A DNA stretch of 63,436 nucleotides, the filler included, from Octopus bimaculoides (lineage: Eukaryota), in the NCBI RefSeq assembly GCF_001194135.2. It is 7 parts of 6 records of this genome, joined end to end, with 100 filler letters (N's around TTAATTAATTAA, not from the genome) between each part and the next. Parts side by side here need not be neighbours in the genome. Positions count along the whole stretch, not along the records: positions 1 to 7,775 come from NC_068992.1; positions 7,876 to 17,328 come from NC_068986.1; 5 more parts are not named here. One strand, given 5' to 3'. How positions within the stretch are numbered: the stretch's first letter is position 1; each line of letters begins with the position of its first letter. Below are positions 1 through 11,674 of this stretch, piece by piece. The notes below the pieces were generated by a model that was not told the DNA's origin, did not search any database, and saw nothing but the letters and a program-made list of their open reading frames with translations. Made by a program: the position numbers and the translations under genes.

Positions 1-1
1 C

Positions 2-42
<41 letters not shown>

Positions 43-54
43 ATATAAAAAAAT

Positions 55-290
55 GTAAAGTTCTTTGCTGAGTCATAAGGACCGGTTTCCTAATTTCTAT
101 GGCGTATATATTGCCCACCTGGACAGGACGCCAGTCTGACACAGTATTACTCATTTGTCCCAGCTGAGTGAACTGGATCAACATGAAATGAAGTGTTTTG
201 CTCAAGAGCACAATGTGTTGCCCGGCCCATAATCAAAACCACAATCATACGATCATGAGTCCAATACCCATAATCACAAAGCTACATGCC
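55..290 (-). mobile_element. tRNA-derived SINE (family C), near full length, diverged
   Basis: Reverse complement gives a tRNA-like head followed by CTTGAGCAAAACACTTCATTTCATGTTG..CAGTTCACTCAGCTG, matching the + copies at 10895 and 30345; the tail GGACCGGTTTCC..TTTCTATGGCGTA matches 34645-34705. Confidence 0.7.
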
Positions 291-295
291 TCCAC

Positions 296-347
<52 letters not shown>

Positions 348-840
348 ACAAACACACACATGAATATAAACTTTCCATGTTCAGAATATTCTGAGTAATG
401 ACAGTGCTGACCCCAATCAAAATAAATTTAATACTTAGATACTACAACAAATATTGAGTACTTTCTTGTCCTCTTCGTGTTACAAGATCAAAAGATTTAT
501 ACTTAACAAACAGGACTTGATCTCAAATAACAACTACACAAGTTCTACATACTTATTGCCAACTCATCAGAAGATGGTTTTTTTTTTTTTTGTTTTTGTC
601 TCTTAACTTTGTTCTACAGAACAAATGATTTGGCCACACCCAACGAGTTGGCAATAACCAGGGGAAACTAGTTGAGCTGTTCTTCACTTTATTTTGAAAG
701 AGGGGGAGGGGAAGAAGAAAAGAAAGAAAGAAAGATATGGTGATATAGGGGGAGGGGAAAGAGAGAGAAGGTTCATGTATACTTACTATACAAATATACA
801 ATTATTTATAATTTATCCACACACACGTCACAGTACTTAT

Positions 841-873
<33 letters not shown>

Positions 874-906
874 GAGAGAGGCAGACAGATACAAATACGC
901 ACATAT

Positions 907-958
<52 letters not shown>

Positions 959-1738
959 NNNNNNNNNNNNNNNNNNNNNNNNNNNNNNNNNNNNNNNNNN
1001 NNNNNNNNNNNNNNNNNNNNNNNNNNNNNNNNNNNNNNNNNNNNNNNNNNNNNNNNNNNNNNNNNNNNNNNNNNNNNNNNNNNNNNNNNNNNNNNNNNNN
1101 NNNNNNNNNNNNNNNNNNNNNNNNNNNNNNNNNNNNNNNNNNNNNNNNNNNNNNNNNNNNNNNNNNNNNNNNNNNNNNNNNNNNNNNNNNNNNNNNNNNN
1201 NNNNNNNNNNNNNNNNNNNNNNNNNNNNNNNNNNNNNNNNNNNNNNNNNNNNNNNNNNNNNNNNNNNNNNNNNNNNNNNNNNNNNNNNNNNNNNNNNNNN
1301 NNNNNNNNNNNNNNNNNNNNNNNNNNNNNNNNNNNNNNNNNNNNNNNNNNNNNNNNNNNNNNNNNNNNNNNNNNNNNNNNNNNNNNNNNNNNNNNNNNNN
1401 NNNNNNNNNNNNNNNNNNNNNNNNNNNNNNNNNNNNNNNNNNNNNNNNNNNNNNNNNNNNNNNNNNNNNNNNNNNNNNNNNNNNNNNNNNNNNNNNNNNN
1501 NNNNNNNNNNNNNNNNNNNNNNNNNNNNNNNNNNNNNNNNNNNNNNNNNNNNNNNNNNNNNNNNNNNNNNNNNNNNNNNNNNNNNNNNNNNNNNNNNNNN
1601 GGAAATAAAAGTATGCAGTTAAAATATGCGTTTTACTCCATTCATTAAATTTATATATATATATATATGTATATATATATCTATTAACCAATTTATTTTG
1701 TCCGAGTTATTTATTAATTAGGAGAAAATAAATACATG

Positions 1739-1778
<40 letters not shown>

Positions 1779-3084
1779 GAGAGAGAGGGGGGGGACTGAG
1801 ACAGACAGACAGATAGATACAAATACACACAGAAGCACACACATATACACATATATATACATATATATAGAGAGAGAGGGGGGGGAGAGAGAGAGAGAGG
1901 GACTGAGACAGACAGATAGAAATGCACACACAAACACACACACATTAAAATAATATAAAATATTATAAAGCTATTAATAGTACACCCACTACCTCTTAAA
2001 TATTAAATTTTCAAACTCAAATTGCCAGTTAGTAATCCTAGTAATTTGGTAGATGAAGACAAAAATTAGTGAGTCTGAATACTAATTGCTGAGGACAGTT
2101 GAAGCAGGGTGTGGGAGAGGGAGGAGGAGGAGGAAGAAGATAGAGAGGAGGGGGTAGGTGGAGAGAAGTTTGAATGTTTAAATAATTTTAAATGAGATGT
2201 TTTATCAAGTTTGGGTTTTTTTTTGTTGTGTGTGTGTGAAGTAATAAGAGAAAGGAATTGGTAACCAGTCATTAGGATTTGAAGTGTCTGGAACAATGAC
2301 AGGGTATACTGGAGGTGAATAATTACAGTGGCAGTGCTTGGATCTGTGTGTGTGTGTTTGTGAGAGAGAGAGGGGGGGTGAGAGAGAGGGGTGAGAGAGA
2401 GNNNNNNNNNNNNNNNNNNNNNNNNNNNNNNNNNNNNNNNNNNNNNNNNNNNNNNNNNNNNNNNNNNNNNNNNNNNNNNNNNNNNNNNNNNNNNNNNNNN
2501 NNNNNNNNNNNNNNNNNNNNNNNNNNNNNNNNNNNNNNNNNNNNNNNNNNNNNNNNNNNNNNNNNNNNNNNNNNNNNNNNNNNNNNNNNNNNNNNNNNNN
2601 NNNNNNNNNNNNNNNNNNNNNNNNNNNNNNNNNNNNNNNNNNNNNNNNNNNNNNNNNNNNNNNNNNNNNNNNNNNNNNNNNNNNNNNNNNNNNNNNNNNN
2701 NNNNNNNNNNNNNNNNNNNNNNNNNNNNNNNNNNNNNNNNNNNNNNNNNNNNNNNNNNNNNNNNNNNNNNNNNNNNNNNNNNNNNNNNNNNNNNNNNNNN
2801 NNNNNNNGAGAGAGAGGGGGAGAGAGAGAGAGAGAGAGAGAGAGAGGGGGAGTCTGTGCATGTTGCTGAGAAATATATGGATGCATGTGTATATCTGTAA
2901 AGCTATAAATAGGTATGTGTGTGCGCACGCATACATGTGTCCCCTATATTCATAGTTATATAATATGGCTGAGCACATATGAGGCTTCCACCCTGTAAAT
3001 ACATCAGTGTTACAATGTGTTTTGTCCCCATCTGGTGTTAAGCAGCTGGCTCTAAGAACATCTCAGCTACAATAGCATTGTTGT

Positions 3085-3255
3085 TTTTCTTTGTGTGTAT
3101 GTGTGTCTTTGTGATTGTCCCCCACTACCACTTGCCAACCAATGTTGGCTTGTTCGCATCCCTGTGACATAGCAGTTCAGTAAAAGAAACCAATAGAAAA
3201 AGCACCAGGCTTAAAAGAAAAAAATATGTACAGGGGTCATTTTGCTTGATTAAAC
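3085..3255 (+). mobile_element. SINE family A, 3' half, interrupted by a hAT MITE
   Basis: Matches the 3' half of the 28268-28634 copy (ACCAATAGAA..AGCACCAGGCTTA..GGGGTCATTTTGCTTGATTAAA); resumes as AACTAAAACCC after 3610. Confidence 0.6.
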
Positions 3256-3610
3256 CAGGGGTTCTCAACCACTTTCTATCTACGGACCAACTCCTTTGAT
3301 TACTATTTTATTCCGGTGAACTCCCATGGCCATTCGAAGTTTAACAACTAGTTTTATAGAAGCTTCCTCCAAAATTCCTATTTTGTTTTCCACACATTAA
3401 CTTGTGTAGGATTTACTATGTGAAATGTTTGAGAAAGAAACCCAGCTGTTTCTTGCAATACATACCAATACATACATAGAAAGCAAAATTTTTTCAGGGG
3501 CCCTTAAGATACTATTGTAGATCCCCAATTTACTATTTTATTGCATGAACCCCCACCAAAATTTTATATAGACCTTCAAAGGTCATATGGATTCCTGTTG
3601 ACAACCACTG
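3256..3610. mobile_element. hAT (Charlie-like) non-autonomous MITE
   Basis: Termini CAGGGGTTCTCAACC...GTTGACAACCACTG; degenerate 8-bp flanks GATTAAAC/AACTAAAA; right half recurs at 35660-35715 and 41150-41288. Confidence 0.75.
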
Positions 3611-3686
3611 AACTAAAACCCAATACATATACATACATATATACATACACACACACACACACACATATATATACATATATATACAA

Positions 3687-3737
<51 letters not shown>

Positions 3738-4663
3738 CATATATACAAATATATACATATATGTATATATATATACATATATATAAATATATACATATAT
3801 GTATATATATATACATATATATAAATATATACATATATGTATATATATATACATATATAAATATATACATATATGTATATATATATACATATATAAATAT
3901 ATACATATNNNNNNNNNNNNNNNNNNNNNNNNNNNNNNNNNNNNNNNNNNNNNNNNNNNNNNNNNNNNNNNNNNNNNNNNNNNNNNNNNNNNNNNNNNNN
4001 NNNNNNNNNNNNNNNNNNNNNNNNNNNNNNNNNNNNNNNNNNNNNNNNNNNNNNNNNNNNNNNNNNNNNNNNNNNNNNNNNNNNNNNNNNNNNNNNNNNN
4101 NNNNNNNNNNNNNNNNNNNNNNNNNNNNNNNNNNNNNNNNNNNNNNNNNNNNNNNNNNNNNNNNNNNNNNNNNNNNNNNNNNNNNNNNNNNNNNNNNNNN
4201 NNNNNNNNNNNNNNNNNNNNNNNNNNNNNNNNNNNNNNNNNNNNNNNNNNNNNNNNNNNNNNNNNNNNNNNNNNNNNNNNNNNNNNNNNNNNNNNNNNNN
4301 NNNNNNNNNNNNNNNNNNNNNNNNNNNNNNNNNNNNNNNNNNNNNNNNNNNNNNNNNNNNNNNNNNNNNNNNNNNNNNNNNNNNNNNNNNNNNNNNNNNN
4401 NNNNNNNNNNNNNNNNNNNNNNNNNNNNNNNNNNNNNNNNNNNNNNNNNNNNNNNNNNNNNNNNNNNNNNNNNNNNNNNNNNNNNNNNNNNNNNNNNNNN
4501 NNNNNNNNNNNNNNNNNNNNNNNNNNNNNNNNNNNNNNNNNNNNNNNNNATAATTATATATCCGTGAAAGAGATTTATGGAAAAAAATGATGAGTTTTTT
4601 TTCATTATGAGGTTTTTTTCACGCTGACTACTTGATAAATTCTTATAAAGATTTTATCCTATA

Positions 4664-4706
<43 letters not shown>

Positions 4707-5025
4707 AGTTGACACTCAGTGGTTTCATTGGAAATGGCTTATCAAAATGACACATTGGTAAGCAACCTCCTATGAAACTTCGAAGTAGCTGTCAATCAGC
4801 CTTATTTTTATGTTTGCTTGACTCTACTATATTGAGTCCTTTGTACAGTGGATGTCATTATCACACATTTAAGAACATGTATTAACACATTCAATATACA
4901 ACACATATTAATGCACACACAATGGGTGTTCCAAGAGTTCTGAGCATGACTATAATTTAATATAAAATTAAAGTATTCGTTTCCTGCTTGCTATCAAGTA
5001 CACAGAGCTGAAAACTATCGAAATA

Positions 5026-5066
<41 letters not shown>

Positions 5067-5474
5067 GCATGCGTGTGTGTGTTTAATAAACAATGGCTCT
5101 TATAAATCTAATCTAATTTCCTTCTCTACAGATTATGAGCAAATTCTGTCTAAAAGGAAACAAACTTTGTTAGACCCATTATTTGTGCTCTTTTTCTAAT
5201 AAATACACTCCACTCTAGATGCATAGCATTGAGTACTTAGCATTAAATTGTTTTAAAATAATTTTTTTTTCCCACNNNNNNNNNNNNNNNNNNNNNNNNN
5301 NNNNNNNNNNNNNNNNNNNNNNNNNNNNNNNNNNNNNNNNNNNNNNNNNNNNNNNNNNNNNNNNNNNNNNNNNNNNNNNNNNNNNNNNNNNNNNNNNNNN
5401 NNNNNNNNNNNNNNNNNNNNNNNNNNNNNNNNNNNNNNNNNNNNNNNNNNNNNNNNNATATATATATATATATA

Positions 5475-5717
5475 ATCATCATCGTTTAATGTCCATCTTC
5501 CATGCATGCATAAGTAAGACGGTTTAACAGGAGCCAGCCAGGTAGAAAACTACCCTAGGCTACTGTGTCTGTTTTGGCAGGGAATTTACTGCTGGATGCC
5601 CTTCCTAACACCAACCACTCTGCAGAGTGGTCTCAGTGCTTTTTATGTGGCACTAGCACAGGTGAGGTTAGTTTTGGTATGATTTTTTACAGCTGGATGC
5701 CCTTCCAAATGCCAACC
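5475..5717 (-). mobile_element. RTE-clade LINE 3' UTR/tail fragment
   Basis: ATCATCATCGTTTAATGTCC tail and two GCTGGATGCCCTTCC(T/A)AA..CCAACC motifs; homologous to the 3' UTR of the RTE copy at 62600-62900. Confidence 0.65.
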
Positions 5718-5744
5718 AAATTACAGTATGGACTGATGCTTTTA

Positions 5745-6410
5745 AAGAAAAGAATCCGTTTTTCATCACATGTAACAATACAATGCAAAAATGGTTCGCT
5801 TTTATGCCATGACAGCAAAGAACAGTAAATTTCAAGGTAATGTGTCATTTGATGCTTGTTCAGTTCATGTGGTAACCACTTGTCCAGCTTCTATACCTTG
5901 CCAATTTATTTCAGATGGTCCAATACAGTTGGAGTCGAAACATCAAACCTTGCTTGCTAACTCATGCGTAGTTTGAGATGTATCCGCTTCCATTACAGTT
6001 TCCAAGTCATCATTATCCACCTTGGCCTCAAGTCTACCACAGGGCTGATTTTCAAGAGTAAAGTCACCAGACCGGAACTTCTCAAACCATCAACATACAG
6101 TGTTCTCATTCACCACATCTTCACGAAACACCTCATTGATGCTTTGAGTTGTCTGGAATGCATTGGTTCCATGAGAGAACTCATATTCATAAACAACACG
6201 AATTTTTTATCTATCCATGGGTTCACAAAAATTGATTTATAAGAGCAAACTCACAATATAATCAGACACCATGAATTGCATTTCGAAAAGTGATGATGTA
6301 ACTCTTCAATGTTGTAAAACAAAGAATTGCCAGGATAAAACATCAGAGTTAACGACTGTCAAACTTGGTGCATAAGAAAATCAGACATTTCACTCTTAAT
6401 GACGTGATAC
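5745..6410 (-). mobile_element. mariner transposon relic (Hsmar1/cecropia-like); transposase N-terminal half 6218-5745, with stops and a frameshift
   Basis: Manual translation MDR*KIRVVYEYEFSHGTNAFQTTQSINEVF..WFEKFRSGDFTLENQPCGR..DNDDLETVMEADTSQTTHELA../..IGKV*KLDKWLPHEL..EPFLHCIVTCDEK, colinear with the mariner HTH, WVPHEL and TCDE motifs. Confidence 0.9.
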
Positions 6411-6888
6411 AACACACACACACACATGATGAGTGTTCACAGTTTCCGTCTACAGGACTGGTTAGTCCAGGGGGCAGCAAAAAACATTTTTTTTAAAGAA
6501 TCATTATAAATGTGAAACATGAAATTGGTACGAAGACTAAAAACTGAAGTTCAAATGGAGCACCACCCCAATGAGAAAGAAATATAAGAAAAGGATTAAA
6601 AAAAGAGGAGGGTGAGAGTTTGGAAACTTCAGAAGGAAAAACAAAAACAAAAAGAGAAAAAAAAGTCTCTAGATGGCGCTGGAGCTATAAATAATTTCTT
6701 CGATGTAATAAGAGAGTTAATTGAATTGGAAGGAAACCCTATAGGCTTTGAAATGTGTTCGACAACTTGGGTATGTGCGTGTACATGTGTATGTGTGTGT
6801 GTGTGTGTGTCCCACCCATAAAAGCAGGGTGGGGTGAAAATGATGGATGATGATGATGATGATGATATATTTGTGTGTGTATGTGTGG

Positions 6889-6999
6889 ATGGATGTATGT
6901 ATGCATGGATGTATGTATGCATGGATGTATGTATGCATGGATGTATGTATGCATGGATGTATGTATGCATGGATGTATGTATGCATGGATGTATGTATG
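6889..6999. repeat. 16-bp tandem repeat (GCATGGATGTATGTAT)n
   Basis: About six direct copies visible. Confidence 0.9.
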
Positions 7000-7628
7000 T
7001 ATCTAACTTCTCACTTGGGACAAAGTAAAGAAGTTTAGTAAACAAGAGGAAGGGACAATGAGAAAGAGAGGAAGAAAGAGAGAAGGAAAGAATGAAAGAA
7101 GTGAAACATACGTGAAAGGAAAAGTGTGTGTGTGTGTGCGTATGTGGTTGTGTGAACATATTTACTGTTATTGTTTGTTATTTTCGAATGCCCTAGTAAG
7201 TTGGAAAGTGTTGTGTTTGTGTGTTTACTAAATCCACCATTCAGCCTTGTTCCTTCAAATACTGTTGTTGTACGTTGGACAGGCTTCAAGAGAGTTCACT
7301 TCTGCTCAACCTTCGGCCTTCCAATGTTGTCTCACATCCAATATCAGTCTGCATTCAGAAAATAAAAAAACTGTTTAACTGGAAAAGCTTCTCTGCCTAA
7401 AAGCACAACCGTCAATTCTTTCGCAACGACAACGGCCACCGCCATCACTACTGGCATTATTACCACCACCACCATAAGCAATTTGTACATACTCATTTGA
7501 CTTCCTAGAAACAGCAGCCAAATCTTCCTCAAATCACATTCTATTGTCTTTAGAAAAAAACAAAAAACATATTAGATAATATCATTTAGCACCTACTTTC
7601 ACGTGCGTGCGCGTGTGTGTGTGTGTGT

Positions 7629-7678
<50 letters not shown>

Positions 7679-7775
7679 GTCTCCTTGTCTGGGTATCTCA
7701 TGGTAGTTGTAGACGAGTATCACCACCACGAAGCAGTGTCCTTTGCTTTCAATCACCACCACCACCACCACCATG

Positions 7776-7875
7776 NNNNNNNNNNNNNNNNNNNNNNNNN
7801 NNNNNNNNNNNNNNNNNNNTTAATTAATTAANNNNNNNNNNNNNNNNNNNNNNNNNNNNNNNNNNNNNNNNNNNN
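7776..7875. other. artificial scaffold-joining spacer
   Basis: 44 N + TTAATTAATTAA (7820-7831; stops in all six frames) + 44 N. Confidence 0.97.
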
Positions 7876-7933
<58 letters not shown>

Positions 7934-7952
7934 AGAGATGTACATATTTATA

Positions 7953-8845
7953 TACGCTGTTCCCGGACTAGTTCTCTAGTGCGCCTAAACATGGCAGCAT
8001 AAGGTTGCAGTTACCTTCATGCGGCAGTGTGCCAAGTGACATTTCTGTGTTTACTTCTCAAGTTGTGAAATTTGTGTTCTTTTCATCACGTGTACGCTGT
8101 TGTCTGCGATTTTGTCATGGACAGGAACTAAGAGCCAACGTGAAATCTTGCGTTAAACTTGGGAAATCTGCTACAGAGACATTGAGATTCCTTCGGCACA
8201 CTTACGGTGACAGGTTAATGGGTGGTACGCAATGTTTCGAGTGGCACACGCGTTTCAAATGGGGAAGAGCGTCCCTGGAAGACAACGAACGATCTGGAAG
8301 ACCTGCTACGAGTGTCACTCCCGGAAATGTGGTGCTGTGGATCGAGAATTCGTACCCCATTGTCAGACCTTTAATTGAGAGTTCTATTGTGACGTTTCGA
8401 AGCGTTTAATGGAGAACATTCAGCATAAGTGACCGGATCTGTGGAGCACGCAGAAATGGATTCTTCACAACGACAATGCATCCTGTCACCAAGCTCTCCT
8501 CATTCGTGAGATTCTCACCAAAAGCAACATGGTGTCATTTCCACGCCTGCCCTATTCACCAGATTTAGCACCTGTGAACTTCCGTCTCTTCCCCAAGATG
8601 AGAATGCAGTTCAATGGTTGCCATTTTAACGCTGTTATTGAGATTCAGAGCGAGTCACAGAAGGTCCTTGACTCACCTACAAAAAAATGACTTCCAGGCC
8701 AGATACCAAAAGTGGCAGGTACACTGGGACTGGTGTATTGCTGCACAAGGTGAATATTTTGAAGGAGATGATGTTAAAACTTTAGTAAATAAGTTATTTT
8801 TTATAAAACATAACTATACCGGAAACCTTTTGATACCACTTCGTA
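7953..8845 (+). mobile_element. internally deleted mariner (D,D34D family) relic
   Basis: ELRANVKSCVKLGKSATETL..WHTRFK.GRASLEDNERSGRP is joined directly to ..EFVPHCQTFN*EFYCDV..WILHNDNASCH..PYSPDLAPVNFRLFPKM..WDWCIAAQGEYFEGD; 3' TIR CCGGAAACCTTTTGATACCACTTCGTA; 5' TIR degraded. Confidence 0.92.
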
Positions 8846-9969
8846 ACATAGGAATTTTAGTAAATATCGCACATGCAAAATATCTAGTAATTAGAAGGAA
8901 AAAGAAAATATTTTAAAGTTCTTTCTTTCTTCAACAGCTGTCGCAATTTTCAAAATGATTAAAATTTAATTGTTATAATCAGTATAGTCTTATAATTAAT
9001 GTATTATTCAATATAAGTAATATAGTCTTACTGGCAAAACTTTTACGCATTTCAATGTCAGATTTAATAATATAATGGCGAGAGAAGATGAATGACAAAA
9101 GTTATCATCCGATAGATGAGAGAAGGTTGGCTAAAACCAGGCAAGCGATTTCTGAGATATCTTGAACTCTGATTTTAAAATATGAACGACATCGGTAAAA
9201 AAAGAAGTTTCAAGAAGAAGCTATGAGAGTAAGATATGAAAAAATGTTTGTACGTTTCCCTCTAACCTAGGAATAATAATATTCAGCGTTATGAAGAATT
9301 TTTCTAGCGAGGAAACTGACGAAAATGAAATCAGATGAGTTAAAGCAATACTAAACATATTCAGACATTTGTTTCATTTCCTTTTGTACTGTACAATTAT
9401 ATTTTAATCAACAAATACAAGTATTTCAAGTACTTGACATTGACTTTAGATCAATCATACATGGCGTCTTTTTGTCGTTATTACTTATTTAAGCACAATA
9501 CTTTCATCTATTTAGAAATATAGTAGAAACACAAAAGCATAAAAGCTTACACCTCGTTAAGGTGTGTAAAATCTTTTCTAGTAATTCAACTACGATATTA
9601 TTCTGTTTTGCCTGTGATCTAATCAAGAGGATTTAGGGAGAAGTGGTTAGGACTGATATATGGAGAAGCTGAGGGGAGGGGAAGATGTGCAGGCGTAGAA
9701 AGAATTGGAACGATACTATACACGTATATGTTGATGGAGGCGGGTGGTATGGATGATATTAATAGAACTATATATATGCGTTGTGTGTATGCGTGCGCGC
9801 CCGCGTGTGTGTCTACGTGTTTGTGTGTGTGTATATTTATATATGTACATATATAAAAAGAGATAGAAAGAGGGAAGGTCAGTTTGAAATATATTTGATC
9901 TGCAAAACACCGTATTCACTCCTGTTTGTCGTCAGATAAAAATACTTGTTTTAAGAAGCTGTTCAAACG

Positions 9970-10186
9970 CCAGCAATCATGTCATGGTCGTCTTCTGGTG
10001 GAACGATAAATTTACTACTAGCTTCTCGACTATAATCAACATTTATACTGATGTACTATAAAGAAGCAAAGACATCATGGGTCATTTCAAGATTGTCTCT
10101 TTTGCGGTACACGGTACTGATAATGGCCAAAAAGCTACAAAATCATTCACCGTTCCGCCATAGTGCGACCATGAAATTACTGTTGG
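9970..10186. mobile_element. palindromic MITE-like element (~217 bp)
   Basis: The outer ~55 nt are inverted repeats (CATGGTCG..TGGTGGAACG..AGCTT vs AAGCT..CGTTCCGCCA..CGACCATG), with weaker inner symmetry. Confidence 0.6.
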
Positions 10187-10207
10187 TGTTTTAATACTTA
10201 TTGCCCG

Positions 10208-10645
10208 AAGGCGGCGAGCTGGCAGAAACGCTAGCAAGCCGGGCGAAATGCTTAGCGGTATTTCGTCTGCCGTTACGTTCTGAGTTCAAATTCCGCCGAG
10301 GTCGACTTTGCATTTCATCCCTTTCGGGGTCGATAAATTAAGTACCAGTTATGCACTGGGGTTGATCTAATCAACTTAATCCCTTTGTCTGTTCTTGTTT
10401 GTCTCCTCTATGTTTAACCCCTTGTGGGCAATAAAGAAATAAGAAACGTTAGCACGCCGGGCGAAATGCTTAGTCGTATTTCGTCTGTCTTTACGTTCTG
10501 AGTTCAAACTCCACCCAGGTTAACTTTGCCTTTCATCCTTTCGGGGTCGATAAATTAAGTACCAGTTGCGTACTGGGCTCGATCTAATCGACTGGCTCCC
10601 TCACCTCCAAAATCTTCGGGATTTGTGCCTAGAGTAGAAAAGAAT
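10208..10645 (+). mobile_element. dimeric tRNA-derived SINE (family B)
   Basis: Two tandem units, each with GAGTTCAAA(T/C)TCC B-box and TTTCATCCTTTCGGGGTCGATAAATTAAGTACCAG core; the same dimer junction occurs in the inverted copy at 15783-16157. Confidence 0.9.
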
Positions 10646-10894
10646 AGTTATTGCCTGGTGCATGAACATTTCTTTACGGGTAACAGCAGTGAATACGGCC
10701 TTTTACGAATCAGATATATCCCAAATGTATTTGAACTATTCTAAATGTTTGTTTACTCACAACCCTGCTTTTGGGTGCCTACTCCAGTATAATATATGTG
10801 TGTATACATGTATTTGTATGCGCGCGTGTATGTATACATCTTTGTACATATGTATATATATTTATGCATGTATTTGTGGAAACGCATGCCATAG

Positions 10895-11040
10895 GTGTTA
10901 GGGTGTTGGACTAATGATCGTAAGATAGTGGTTCCGATTCTTGAACCGAGGACTGTGTTGTGATCTTGAGCAAAGCACTTCTTTTCACATCGTTTCTGAC
11001 AACTCAATAGACAAAATTGTGTAATCCTGAGACGGACCAG
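10895..11040 (+). mobile_element. SINE family C, 5' part
   Basis: tRNA-like head followed by CTTGAGCAAAGCACTTCTTTTCACATCG, homologous to 30345-30585. Confidence 0.6.
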
Positions 11041-11069
11041 CGCGGGAGTTATATATATGTGTGCGTGCG

Positions 11070-11157
<88 letters not shown>

Positions 11158-11252
11158 AAAAGGATATGTTATAATTACGATTCCACAGCCATACCAGCAA
11201 TCCAACATACCTCCTTCATCAGCTGCCCCTTGGATATCATTATGGTTTCGAC

Positions 11253-11537
11253 ACGGCCGATCTTACCATTCGGTTTGGGAACTAGGGCTTCAAAAGAGTG
11301 TTTGGCAACAATCCGATCATGTAACCCTGTGTTCTTCGGAGATGGCACTTATGGAATGAAATATAGTGACTACTCTCTATTGTTAGGAAGTTATCTGTTC
11401 ACCCCCAACAATAGAGAGCAGTCACCATATTTCATTCCATAATCGCCGCCTTTGAAGAGCGCAGGGTTACGCAATCGGACTGCTACCTAACACTCCGTTG
11501 AACCCTCAGTGCGAAACTGATTGGTAAGATCAGCCGT
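11253..11537. repeat. 285-nt imperfect palindrome (foldback/MITE-like)
   Basis: Arm 11253-11387 is the reverse complement (~75% by eye) of 11403-11537, with a ~15-nt loop; lies in a ~480-bp unit between (TA)n tracts. Confidence 0.85.
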
Positions 11538-11629
11538 AATGGATATATATAATACCGTACTCTTCGATTGATATACCTGCTCTACTGACATACATATGAG
11601 TGCCTTTTTCCCTGATTATGGATCCTTAC

Positions 11630-11674
<45 letters not shown>

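Noticed and set aside
2255-2345. Peptide-like SPPVYPVIVPDTSNPNDWLPIP on the minus strand
   Set aside because: No convincing donor site; embedded in microsatellites.
7820-7831. Repeated TTAATTAATTAA as a biological motif or CRISPR-like repeat
   Set aside because: Always centred in exactly 44+44 N; it is an assembly linker.
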